From Octopus sinensis (taxonomy: Eukaryota), in assembly GCF_006345805.1 (NCBI RefSeq), contig NW_021835985.1:11111-75110 (forward strand): DNA of 64,000 nt, in the 5' to 3' direction. A program made the position numbers and the translations under genes. The notes under the pieces are model-generated. The model was not told where the DNA came from. It saw only the letters and a list, made by a program, of their open reading frames with translations, and searched no databases. Positions 49,860-62,035 of the stretch are shown one piece after another (within the stretch, counting starts at the first letter, position 1; every line of letters starts with the position of its first letter).

Positions 49860-51385
49860 CTCAGTCTCTTGCCATCTGAAGATCCGTCACCACTTCACCC
49901 CACATCTTCCTGAGTCTGCCCCTTCCATATGTTCCTTCCACGATTAGAAATCATCACTTCTTTATGCAGCTATCCACCTCCATATGCATAACATGATCAT
50001 ATCAGTGCAGTCTTCCCTCTTTCACACTACAACTGATGCCCCTGAAACCTAGTTTTTCTCTTAAATCCTTTACTGACATTATCCATCCAGCAGAGCATGC
50101 TGGCTTCAATCCTTTCAACCCTTCTCATGTCCTCTGCAGTCACAGCCCATGTTTCACTGCCAGGTAACATAGCTGTATGTACACAGGCATAATACAATCT
50201 GCTTTTACATTCTTAGTATTTATTGTACCTGCACATTTGCCACACACAAAGACTACTTTCATTGTTAGCCTTCCTGTGACACCAATACAGCTCTTATGTG
50301 TCCAAAGCTTGCACTGAGTACAACATATGGAGTTTTTACCAACACCCTTCTTACATATCCAAGCAAAGCCATTTCTCTGAAGAGACTTGTGATTTGTCTA
50401 AGGCCTTTAGATTCCAGACTTTGCTTCCATACCTGAAATTTCCTCTCTAGTTTGGGTAGTAATTCAGTTATAAAAACAAGATCATCAGCATAGAGGAGCT
50501 CCCAAGGGATCTTAAATCCCTCTGTTATTGCTTGGTGGATTATGATAAACAAAAGGGGGATGAGAACTGATCCTTGGTGAACTCCTACTAAATTCATTGC
50601 TATACTCATTATCAACCTTCACCTTACTGACATCATTCTGTACATGTATTGTACACTCATCTATCCCTAGCTTTTGCATTGACCAGTAGATAAGGGAGCA
50701 GGGGACCCTGACAAAGGTTTTCTATATGTCAACAAAAGTCAAATACAGGTTTATTCTTGGCTACATGTTTCTCCTACCAGGAAGATAGCATGAGTAGTGC
50801 TTCTACCAGGTACAAAACCAAACTGCATCTCATCGAAGCTAACTCTCTTATTAGTTGAACCTAATTAGTTGAACTATGACCATCCCTGTAACTTTCATCA
50901 TCTGGTCCACCAATTTGATACCTCTGTAATTGTTTCTATCTAAGGTGTCACCTTTACCATTGTAGCAGTTACTGCTACACCAGCCATTGGGTATGACTCC
51001 ATTGTTGATAACCTGATTAACTCTACAGATAACTAGGCCATATCAGCAGTGATTTCTGAAGGGCTAGGGGCTTTCTTTGCTTTCATATCTTCAATTGCTT
51101 TATCAGTCAAGCTACTGTCTATTTGGATAGCTGGTTCCTCTGTTGGATCCACATTGGACAGACTCCTCTTCTCACATGTGTTCTCAACATTTAACAGCCT
51201 CACATAGTGGAATCTCCAAGTCTCTTTCTTTGCAGAATAACTAACTGCAAATGCACTCTTCTCTCCTACAGCATCGCAATTCTCTCTGATACACTGTCTT
51301 GCAATCCCAAACACCTCAAGTCCCTGGTCCTCATGCTGCAGAACACCAGCAGACTTCTTTCTTTCTACTTCTCCTGTGGCTAAAT
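49860..51385 (-). mobile_element. Degenerate RTE LINE fragment
   Basis: GVHQGSVLIPLLFII, WELLYADDL, FGIARQCIREN. Confidence 0.85.
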
Positions 51386-51458
51386 ATACCTAGTATATAT
51401 TACATATACAGACACATACATATATGCACAGAATAAACAAGCAGACAATGATACAAAC

Positions 51459-51641
51459 CTGTCAATATAGTCGTCAACTACGACGTCCTTGGAAGTCCCC
51501 GTAATACCATCATGGTGCTGAAACAGTGCAATGTTCCGTCGAGCATTAACCAGACTCTGCATGAACTCTATGAGAGGGAATTTGATGCCATCATGTATCT
51601 TAAGATACCGACTGACCAGAAAGAAAAGGATCTCAGCGCTC
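51459..51641 (-). CDS. MAN2A1: Golgi alpha-mannosidase II, 183-bp exon ((R)SAEILFFL...ARRNIALFQHHDGITGTSKDVVVDDYID)
   Basis: CAG acceptor and GTTTGT donor, phase 2 to 2; contains the GH38 FQHHDGITGT zinc-ligand motif. Confidence 0.95.
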
Positions 51642-51784
51642 CTGTATAACAGACACAATACAAGATATAAAGCACATGCCTGACACCTGACATTTCATAA
51701 AAATGCATCCCATGAATGTAAGCTAAATCAAGGCAACTAAAAAAGCAATGTCACAGCACACACCACCTACAAATGCTATAAAGA

Positions 51785-52068
51785 CAGTGGTTCTCAACCA
51801 GGGTCCATATAAAACCAGAGGCCATGCAGCAAAATAGTAAATTAGGGATCTACAACAGTATTTTGAAGGCCCCTGAAAGAATTTTGCTTTAGATATATGT
51901 ATTGGTAAGTATTGCAGAAACAGTTAGGTTTCTTTCTCTAACATTTTACGTAGTTCAACCGACACAAGTCAATGTGTGAAAAACAAAACTTTGAATGGCT
52001 ATGGGGGTCCACCAGAATAAAATAGTAATCAAATGTGTCCACAGGTAAAAAATGGTTGAGAACTCTTA
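51785..52068. mobile_element. hAT-type MITE
   Basis: Left end CAGTGGTTCTCAACC, right end GGTTGAGAAC. Confidence 0.55.
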
Positions 52069-53829
52069 CTCTACAGTCACTTGAACTGCTAGAAATAGCA
52101 GTCAAATCTTCCTCAAATCACACCCTTTGATCTTAAGTATGTATGTACGAGCTAACAGGGGAAACCTCTAAATGGTAGCTAAATATGCTAGAAATAGCAG
52201 CCAATCTCCCTGAAATTACAACCTACAGCCTGAATGAAATTCATGGAGTGTTTTTTTTATTTTTACTTTTTAGAATGTTGGTAATTTAGGAATAGAGAGT
52301 AAGAGAGAATGTTCTTAGTGTTTTCATACAGACAAAAAAAGCCATTTCCAGGGTAATTCTAGCTCATGAAAATGTTGAAGTTGCTAATAGTTTCAACATC
52401 ATCTACAAATTATTTTTCAATATATCGTTAGAGGTAAAGATATATATACAGAGGGTTTGGGCTAACTTTCCTTATTTTTATGTCTCATTTTTTAAAGGAA
52501 TATTATCATCATCATCATCCTTTCCATGCTGGCATGTGTTGGATGGTTTGAGAGAAACTGGCTGGACGGAAGACTGCACCAAGCTTCAGTCTCTGTTTTT
52601 GCATGGTTTATATGACTAGATGCCCTTCCTAACACCAACCATCCCAGAGAGTGGACTGAGAGCTTTCTACATGGCACCAGCATAGGCGAGGTCAGTTCTG
52701 GCATGATTTTTACAGCTGGATGCCCTTCCAAATGCCAACCACTTTACAATATAGACTGGATGCTTTTTACATGGTATCAGCATTGGTATGGGCACTGAGT
52801 AACTCGCAAGACAAAGATCTTTTGAGAGGGGAGAGAGCATTGGAGGGGGGTGATCTTGTGCCAGATTATGAAAGGTTAGAGTGTGAAAGAGAGATAGAAA
52901 GAGGTGACTTGCTAAAGAGATACATGGTTACTTGGCCAGAGGTGGGAAGTGATCAAGAATGAGGACAGAAACAGGTGTGTGGCTGTAGAGGAGATACATG
53001 GTTAACCCGTGAGAGGGAGAGAGAGAGAGAGAGAGAAAGAGCAGAGGAGAGATGGTGGAGAAGTGCCAGGGCATACTGAGAAGGAAGTGGAATCAGAATA
53101 TAGATAGGCTGGTAGAATAGAGCAAGAGAGAGATAGATGGTGGTGAAGTGCTATGGCATATCGTCAAGGTATGGGGTTCAGAATATAAATGGTAAGGTAT
53201 TGCCAAAGGTGCATGAGTAGGAATGTAAGGAGTGTGGGGGTGGGGAATGCAGTGACTGTTGAAAACTGGGTATATAGAGGGAGTGGGAGATGACAGGATT
53301 GGGGAGTGAGAGATAAGCATAAGCATAGGAAATGGGAGGAAGTGAAGAGATGTGGTTTGGTTTGCTGAGGTAAAGTGTGTGAAAAGTGGTTCTTTTTTTG
53401 TTAGCTTGATGTGTTGGTGGACAGTGTTGGTGAGCATAAAGATTAAAGAGGTGAGAAAAAGTTAGTTGAGATGGAGGAGTGATGATGATTGATGCTGGGT
53501 GTCAAAATGCCAACATCCTGACTCCTGTCCAATGCTCTGTGAACACTTCATAGGCTATGAGATATGGCATGGACAGCTGCAGCAAAAGCTACAAAGTGAG
53601 CAGGAAGGACACAGTAGGCATTGTGACATGTCCGCATGTTGAATTTCATCCAGCAACTGGGGAACAGGGGATTAGGATTAATTTAGACAGCTATGTGAAG
53701 CTGCTGAGACTGTAGTCAAACTCTGGCTGTAGGGGACTGCTGCTGAAAGGCCATGTGTGTGGCAGTAGGATTCAGCTCCTTGCCTTGACTCTGGAAAAAG
53801 TCAGAAGTGGCTGTTGGAGAATTTGTATG

Positions 53830-54100
53830 GCTTCACCGGCCCCACTTTTTGGCCTCTGAATTTCTCCAGTTGTAATCCTAAGGATTATTATGTATGAGGT
53901 GTCATTGAGAAAGGCATCTACCACTCTGTCTGCAACACCTGGCCCGAGCTTGTGGCCAAGATCAAAGAGGTTTTCAAAGATCTTTCCAAGGACACAATAA
54001 GGAATGCATGTGCGAGGTTCCAGGGTTATCTAGAGGCTGTGACAGAAGCTGCAGGTAGCTAATTTGGGTAAAATGTTACTTCCTAGCCATAATGTACTTT
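53830..54100 (+). mobile_element. maT/Tc1-like transposase 3' relic
   Basis: WPLNFSSCNPKDYYV resembles WPPNSPDCNPLDYYVW. Confidence 0.55.
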
Positions 54101-54199
54101 GATTTTCTTTAGAATATCTTTATCTTTGGATGGGATACTGTTTTCTTTTCCTTATATGCAAACTGCCAAATTTAGCCCAAACACCCTGTATATATCATC

Positions 54200-54660
54200 C
54201 TCATCATCATTTAACGTCTGTTGTCCATGCTGGCATGGGTTGGATGGTTTGACTGGGCTGGCATACTGGAAGACTGTGCCAGGCTCCAGTCTGATTTGGT
54301 ATGGTTTTCTATGGCTGGATGCCCTTCCTAATGCCAACCACTCTGAGAGCATAATGGGTGCTTTCACCACTGGCATAGGTACCATTTGCATGACACCGGT
54401 ATCTGCCTCAACTGCGATTTTGCTCAGTTTGATGGATCTTCTTCTCAAGCACAACATAATGCCAAAGGTTTTGGTCAGTGCCTCCATGAGGCCCAACACT
54501 CAAAAGGAACTCAGCCACTTTGCCTGCATGTGGCCCAAAGCTTGAAAGGAACTCAACCACTTTGCCTCTGTGAAGCCCAATGTTCAAAGGTTGAATTTTT
54601 TATGTGCCACCAGTACAGGTGCACCTGGCTTGATGAATCCTCTTAAGCAGAGCACATTGC
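54200..54660 (-). mobile_element. RTE 3' UTR fragment (similar 3' ends at ~45725-45875, 52500-52790 and 61455-61875)
   Basis: (CAT)n followed by TTTAACGTC...CCATGCTGGCATGGGTTGGATGG, the reverse complement of the family 3' end. Confidence 0.8.
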
Positions 54661-54674
54661 CAAAGGTATCGATC

Positions 54675-55118
54675 AGAAGACAACAAATGCAGAGGCATAT
54701 CAAGCATCTCAAGTCATATACATTATTTTATATTATTCTTGAATTAGTTGAGGTCTTACAGCTGTTCTGAGATGTCCCAAATGATAGGTGAGTATGCCTG
54801 AATATGGGGCGTTCCATCATCAGAGACAAGTAAAGAACATATGAAAGATCTTTATTTCCTTACTCTCTATTCTTCTATTTCATTGCTTATTATCTGCAAA
54901 TTTTCCATGTCTAGATCTTTTATCTGAATATTTCCGTGTCTATATCTTTCCTATGTTCTCTACTTGTCTCTGATGATAGAGTACCCCACATTCAGGCATA
55001 CTTGCCTATCACTTGGGATATCCAGAAACAGTAGTAAGACCTCAACTAATTTCAGAATAATATAAAATAAAGTATATGACTTGAGATGCTTGTTGTGCCT
55101 CAGCATTCATTGTCCTCT
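54675..55118. mobile_element. Older palindromic HHR-bearing element, third family
   Basis: Imperfect ~175-bp inverted arms (54675-54850 / 54942-55118) with an ~90-bp spacer. Confidence 0.7.
54966..55040 (+). ncRNA. Type I hammerhead motif with a long stem II (mirror copy at - 54753-54827)
   Basis: GTCT-CTGATGA-[48-nt stem II region]-GAAA-C AGTA GT-A-AGAC; the mirror copy has the palindromic stem III ACAGCTGT. Confidence 0.7.
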
Positions 55119-55130
55119 TTCACAAATATA

Positions 55131-55641
55131 TCTATATATATAAAACTGTAGTTGTGTGAGTGTCTGTCCCCTTCGATTTAGATTCCTAACTCCTCCCACA
55201 TTTTGCGGTGCAGTTTAACCAAATTCGGGTATCTTATAGTTGGGATTCATATCGAGCCCGTCTGGGTATTAGCGCGCGTCTACGATGAGTCTACGATTTT
55301 AAAAATAATTTAACATTATTTTTTATTCCATTTTAATGCATATTTTTTCGTGTGTCGATGGCGGCGAAGTTGGCGTCCATGGTCACAGCTGCACCTGCTT
55401 GCTTCTCCCCCTTCTTCCCTCCCTCGTGAAGCTGTGGGGAAGGGAGTGTAAGGAATCAACGTCGTAAAGCGTTGTCAAGGAGACCAGCGTTCTTTTAGAA
55501 CAACGACTTCATGGCTTGAAGACACCAAAACAGAAATGGCTAAGAAAGCCCGAATTGGCATCTATAAGGGAAGTAACTCTCTAAAAATGCTTATATAGTT
55601 ATTTCCCTTACAAACCCGAGCAACGAGGGCGATACTGCTAG
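55131..55641 (+). mobile_element. Non-autonomous Helitron (~510 bp)
   Basis: A|TC...CTAG|T; near-identical to 62036-62554. Confidence 0.85.
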
Positions 55642-55753
55642 TATTTGCTAAATCAACAATGTAAAATGGTTACGTGCTTGGAACCGTGATAATTTATTAC
55701 ATCATTTACCAGCATACCTATTGTTTATTTGTTAGATCACAAGTGAACCCCAT

Positions 55754-55807
<54 letters not shown>

Positions 55808-55903
55808 TAAATTAGAGACAAAGCCACTATTATGCAAATCAAACAGAGAAAGACTTAATCCAACATAATTAATTATATTTAGAAATTTAACAATTATTAA
55901 TAT

Positions 55904-55967
55904 CCACTACGATCATTTCATGTCTTCTTTTCATCACGTCTTTGAGTAGTAGACATTCTTCAGGTGG
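55904..55967 (-). ncRNA. Type I hammerhead motif, relative of the 45-kb family
   Basis: CCAC-CTGAAGA-ATGTCT...AGACAT-GAAA-T GATC GT-A-GTGG, inside element ~55805-56000. Confidence 0.75.
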
Positions 55968-56467
55968 TTTCAAATCTAAAATATAATCAATATTTTTAAG
56001 ATATAAATAACCTATATAATCTAAAATAATAAAAACTTACCTTCGAAACACGCATTGAGTCGAACCAGGGGCAGCTGATGAAGGGGAATTTTCCTTGTAT
56101 TGTTTGTCCTGTACTCTGTTTTTTCGTTGTTAAAAAAAAGTCCGTTTCCTTGTTTGATTTTATGTTCTCGTCTCTCGTTGGTTCTACGTTTATTTGTGGT
56201 GTCCTGTACTCATATATATATATATATATATATATATGATAGAAATATTAAAATTACTAAGTCTCTCTAAAAGAGAACAATGGCAGTGTTCCCGGAAAAT
56301 ATTAGTTATCGCCATAACTAATATGGCATTCTTATAAAAATAAGAATAAAGCTGACCGCTTATTAGCTCCATGAGGCCATCGCCTAAGTTAGCTATTTGA
56401 TACACAAACTGTATCCATATAACCTTCGAACAAGGGAGGTCAGTCGCTCCACACTACTTGACCGGCA

Positions 56468-56509
56468 GCTACAGACGCGTTTCGGGGTATTGCCCCTTTT
56501 CAATGCAGC
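56468..56509 (-). ncRNA. Minimal type I hammerhead with U3-A8 covariation
   Basis: GCTGCA-TTGAAAA-GGGG caata CCCC-GAAA-C GC GT-C-TGTAGC. Confidence 0.8.
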
Positions 56510-57745
56510 GTAGCCAGCCAGTAGGTGTCGCTTCTGACAATCTCTGTTCGATGGTTTTATTTACCTAGTTTCGGTGGAATACATCCACTTGTTTTCAATA
56601 ATAGAAATATTAAAATTACTAAGTCTCTCTAAAAGAGAACAACGGCAGCGTTCCCGGAAAATATTAGTTATCGCCATACTAATATGGCATTCTTATATAT
56701 ATATGCATGTATATATACATGTAGATGTAAGTATGTACATATATGTATGTATATAGGCATATATTTTATTTATTTATTATATTATATATATATATATACA
56801 CACACATACACACATATATATACATACACACAATTTCTGTATTTGTTTGCAAGATCCTTGATGTGCAATTGTATGTTGGAAGAAATGTTGAAATAATGTC
56901 CATATACATCTATGAAGTAGATCACTAAACAGTTGCTAAAACTGACACAATGTATGCCAAAAATCTCTCAAATCACACCCTTTTGTCTTATGTATACATA
57001 TATGTACATTTAAACAACTCAGGGAGACTTTTATAAGATAAAGTGACTTGATAGAAAAGGTAGTCAAAGCTCCCTCAAATCAAACCTACTGTCTTATGCA
57101 TGTCTAGAATTGCCAAAAAAGGTAGTTGGAACTAATACAAATAGCAGCCAAATCTCAAACACAACTTTCTTAAAAAAGTAAAAGGTATATCAAAATGATG
57201 AGAAAGTCATTTATGGAGTGCATTTGGTCAAAGGTCTGCTCAATAAAGACTGAACTGTGGCTAAACACCAACAGCTAGTTACAACTGGTCAGATGATGAG
57301 TCAATGAGAATCCTGTATATGGACTCTTGAAGGGCTAAAGCTAAATCTCCCTCAACCTACATTTTACAATCTTAAAAAAGCAAGGACACAATAAATGACA
57401 TAAATTCTGTATCTCATAACCCTTTAGTATTTGAGCCAATCATATCCAGTGCAAATATTTGTTTTACATTCTAATTGGTCAGATTTGGCTTCTCACACTA
57501 ACCCTACAATGTCATTCTAAAAATGAATAACTGCATCTTTGAACTCTCAAAGCTACATGATTAATTCAACACAATGTAAATAAATAAGCATTACATTTGA
57601 CAGAGCAATCTGAATGCTAAAGGGTTAAGGATGAAAGGGTCATAGCCATTAATGCCTTTGGTCCTAGGTTTGCTTGATTCATTTGACCTTGGACTAAACA
57701 TCAACAACCAGTTATAACCAGTTGGATGGCAAGTATTCGGCTTAC

Positions 57746-57947
57746 CGCAGCTGGTGTTCCATCTCTCGGTCAAGAACCTTCTGGAAGGGGCGCGAGGTAT
57801 AGTAGCCACTCCAGTAGTGGTCATCTCGATCAGCATAGGTGAAGAAATCACCTGACAGTGAAGGTATGTTTGGGGAGGATCCCCAGGTGCAATTTTATGC
57901 TTCTTGTAGATTGCATTGAAATAGTCAGACAAAGTTCCAAACTTAAT
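57746..57947 (-). CDS. MAN2A1: Golgi alpha-mannosidase II exon ([10 protein letters not shown]...[38 protein letters not shown]) with a 1-bp frameshift at ~57863; upstream exons not found in the window
   Basis: TTTCAG acceptor and GTAAG donor, hallmark [16 protein letters not shown]; 202 bp where phases require 203. Probably the single invertebrate co-ortholog of MAN2A1/MAN2A2. Confidence 0.92.
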
Positions 57948-58369
57948 CTGAAATAAAACAAAAAAACAAACATAAAAATAGAGAAATAAATAATCAAAAC
58001 TAAAAAACAACAAAACTCATCTAGACAAATAATATAAATATATTAAAAAACAAAAATACAATTACATAAACATATAGTATAATAAATCCATAAAAATTTA
58101 TGTTTCATTGGTTTGATGAAGGATCCAGATTTTAACTGTTTTTCTTGAAGCTAATTAGAAGACAAAACAGCAGGTAATATGGGGGGGTGCACAATTATTG
58201 TGGCTTTTTTTCAACAAAGTTTATTCAACAAAAACAATACAACATGTAACCAAAACATCTTGAATTGATTATTCCGGAGCATATTCACCATCTACTCCAA
58301 TTACTGCTTCTCATTAGCTTGGCAGAAGTGGTGTGTATGAGAGAGAGAGAGAGAGAGAGGGGGGAGAGG

Positions 58370-58404
<35 letters not shown>

Positions 58405-58527
58405 TGTGTGTGTGCTTGTGTGTGTATGTGAGAAAGAGATATTCAGTTCTAAGTCAGATTGATCCAATATATACATACAGTTCAAAGTCACAATATTGTG
58501 TATACCATGTCTTTCTTTACCGACTTC

Positions 58528-60752
58528 AGATAGTAAGGTATTATTTGAGACAGTAAGGTATTATTTGAGATAATAAGGTATTATTTGAGATAGTAAGGTA
58601 TTATTTGAGACAGTAAGGTATTATTTGAGATAATAAGGTATTATTTGAGATAGTAAGGTATTATTTGAGACAGTAAGGTATTATTTGAGATAATAAGGTA
58701 TTATTTGAGATAGTAAGGTATTATTTGAGATAATAAGGTATTATTTGAGATACTAAGGTATTATTTGAGATAATAAGGTATTATTTGAGATAATAAGGTA
58801 TTATTTGAGATAATAAGGTATTATTTGAGATAGTAAGGTATTATTTGAGATAGTAAGGTATTATTTGAGATAATAAGGTATTATTTGAGATAATAAGGTA
58901 TTATTTGAGATAGTAAGGTATTATTTGAGATAATAAGGTATTATTTGAGATAATAAGGTATTATTTGAGATAGTAAGGTATTATTGGAGATAATAAGGTA
59001 TTATTTGAGATAATAAGGTATTATTTGAGATAGTAAGGTATTATTTGAGATAATAAGGTATTATTTGAGATAGTAAGGTATTATTTGAGATAGTAAGGTA
59101 TTATTTGAGAGTAAGGTATTATTTGAGATAATAAGGTATTATTTGAGATAGTAAGGTATTATTTGAGATAGTAAGGTATTATTTGAGATAATAAGTATTA
59201 TTTGAGATAATAAGGTATTATTTAGATAATAAGGTATTATTTGAGATAGTAAGGTATTATTTGAGATAATAAGGTATTATTTGAGATAATAAGGTATTAT
59301 TTGAGATAATATGGTATTATTTGAGATAATAGGTATTATTTGAGATAATAAGGTATTATTTGAGATAATAAGGTATTATTTGAGATAGTAAGGTATCATT
59401 TGAGATAGTAAGTATCATTTGAGATAGTAAGGTATTATTTGAGATAGTAAGGTATTATTTGAGATAGTAAGGTATTATTTGAGATAATAAGTATTATTTG
59501 TGATAATAAGGTATTATTTGAGATAATAAGGTATTATTTGAGATAGTAAGGTATTATTGAGATAATAAGGTATTATTTGAGATAATATGGTATATATTTG
59601 AGATAATAAGGTATTATTTGAGATAATAAGGTATTATTTGAGATAGTAAGGTATCATTTGAGATAGTAAGGTATCATTTGAGATAGTAAGGTATTATTTG
59701 AGATAGTAGGTATTATTTGAGATAGTAAGGTATTATTTGAGATAATAAGGTATTATTTGAGATAATAAGGTATTATTTGAGATAATAAGGTATTATTTGA
59801 GATAATAAGGTTTATTTGAGATAGTAAGGTATTATTTGCGATAATAAGGTATTATTTGAGATAATAAGGTATTATTTGAGATAGTAAGGTATTATTTGAG
59901 ATAGTAAGGTATTATTTGAGATAGTAAGGTATTATTTGAGATAATAAGGTATTATTTGAGATAGTAAGGTATTATTTGAGATAATAAGGTATTATTTGAG
60001 ATAATAAGGTATTATTTGAGATAATAAGGTATTATTTGAGATAATAGGTATTATTTGAGATAGTAAAGTATTATTTGAGATAATAGGTATTATTTGAGAT
60101 AATAAGGTATTATTTGAGATAGTAAGGTATTATTTGAGATAGTAAGGTATTATTGAGATAATAAGGTATCATTTGAGATAGTAAGGTATTATTTGAGATA
60201 GTAAGGTATTATTTGAATAGTAAGGTATTATTTGAGATAATAAGGTATTTTTGAGATAGTAAGGTATTATTTGAGATAGTAAGGTATTATTTGAGATATA
60301 AGGTATTATTTGAGATAATAAGGTATTATTTGAGATAGTAAGGTATTATTTGAGATAGTAAGGTATTATTTGAGATAATAAGGTATTATTTGAGATAATA
60401 ATGTATTATTTGAGATAGTAAGGTATTATTTGAGATAGTAAGGTATTATTTGAGATAATAAGGTATTATTTGAGATAATAAGGTATTATTTGAGATAGTA
60501 AGGTATTATTTGAGATAGTAAGGTATTATTTGAGATAATAAGGTATTATTTGAGATAGTAAGGTATTATTTGAGATAGTAAGGTATCATTTGAGATAATA
60601 AGGTATCATTTGAGATAATAAGGTATCATTTGAGATAGTAAGGTATTATTTGAGATAGTAAGGTATTATTTGAGATAGTAAGGTATTATTTGAGATAGTA
60701 AGGTATTATTTGAGATAATAAGGTATTATTTGAGATAATAAGGTATTATTTG
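58528..60752. repeat. 20-bp minisatellite (~110 copies), TA(G/A)TAAGGTATTATTTGAGA
   Basis: Exact 20-bp periodicity with binary G/A variants. Confidence 0.98.
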
Positions 60753-61292
60753 CAGCTATTTCTAAGTGGTCAAACTACAATGTAAAAGCATTCACTGTTG
60801 GATCTCTCTTCATATTTGTATTTGACTTGCAAGATTCATAAAATGTGTATCTTTTTTTTTTGGTGGATTTCTAAAAAGAAACACACCCATTAATACTAGT
60901 TAATTTAATTGTTTATTCAACTACTTAATCAATTAACTTAACTGCTTGATCAATCAATTAATCGGCTAATTGTTTAGAATCTCTTTGTCATGCTCCCATT
61001 ACTCCAGACCTGGCTCAGTCCTTCCTTTATATTCAGAAATCTATTACAGAAAATTAAACCTCCTTGTAATCTACTACTTTTTATTGTATTTTTTCTTTTT
61101 TATTATTTTATTATATTATATTTCCCCCTTTCTAACCTCTCCTGCTAACAGTGTTCTGCTGTTGTCTTACTGTAGAAATATATATTTATATATAGTTAAT
61201 CCAAACAAGAAAACACAAAAAAACACAACAACGCGAGGACGTGGAACAAATATAGTATTATTGGACGCTCAGGAAAGGAGGGAAGAAGGAGG

Positions 61293-61327
61293 GTTTAACG
61301 TTTCGAGCGGAGCTCTTCGTCGGAAAC
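61293..61327 (-). ncRNA. Ultra-minimal hammerhead variant (C4, extra A, loopless ACGT stem III)
   Basis: GTTT-CCGACGA-A-GAGC tcc GCTC-GAA-ACGT-T-AAAC. Confidence 0.55.
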
Positions 61328-61407
61328 ATAGGAGAAGGAAAGATCCCGAGAAAGGAAGACAGAGGGAAAAAAATCGCCAACGGTACACACGAGGTCACAT
61401 ATATATA

Positions 61408-61451
<44 letters not shown>

Positions 61452-61884
61452 TATATCATCATCATCATCATCATCATCATTTAACGTCCGCTTTCCATGC
61501 TAGCATGGGTGGATGGTTCAACTGGGGTCTGGGGAGCCCGAAGGCTGCAGCAGGCCAGTCAGATCTGGCAGTGTTTCTACAGCTGGATGCCCTTCCTAAT
61601 GCCAACCACTCCGAGAGTGTAGTGGGTGATTTTATGTGCTACCGACACAGGTGCCAGACGAGGCTGGCGAACGGCCACGCTCGGATGGTGTTTTTTATGT
61701 GCCACCGACACAGGTGCCAGATGAGGCTGGCGAACGGCCACGATCGAATGGTGTTTGTTACGTGCCCACAGCAAGGAGGCCAGTCGATGCGGTACTGTCT
61801 ACGGCCACGTTCGGATGGTTTTCTTGTGTGCCACCGCACTGGTACCACAAAGATACAAATTCCATTGATGTTCATCTATTTTTA

Positions 61885-62035
61885 GAGACAAAACCATTAT
61901 TATGCAAATCATTTGCATAATAGTGGTTTTGTCTCTAATTTAATATAATATAATATTTTACTATAAAATTGGATTCAATCCTAAATCTGATTTTTCCCTG
62001 TAAGTTTGGATTTATTCCCTAATATTTATTATATA
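61885..62035 (+). mobile_element. Short fold-back copy of the 45-kb element family (~27-bp arms plus tail, no HHR)
   Basis: TAGAGACAAAACCATTATTATGCAAAT C ATTTGCATAATAGTGGTTTTGTCTCTA followed by the same tail as 45407-45490. Confidence 0.8.

Noticed and set aside
56035-56095. CCTTCGAAAC...CTGATGAAGG as a type II (permuted) hammerhead
   Set aside because: Stem I (GAACCAGGGGCAG) and stem III cannot pair, and no GAAA follows the CTGATGA
57591-58013. 140-aa ORF as a complete gene or exon
   Set aside because: Only 57865-57947 is in the true frame; the rest is intron or off-frame because of the 1-bp deletion
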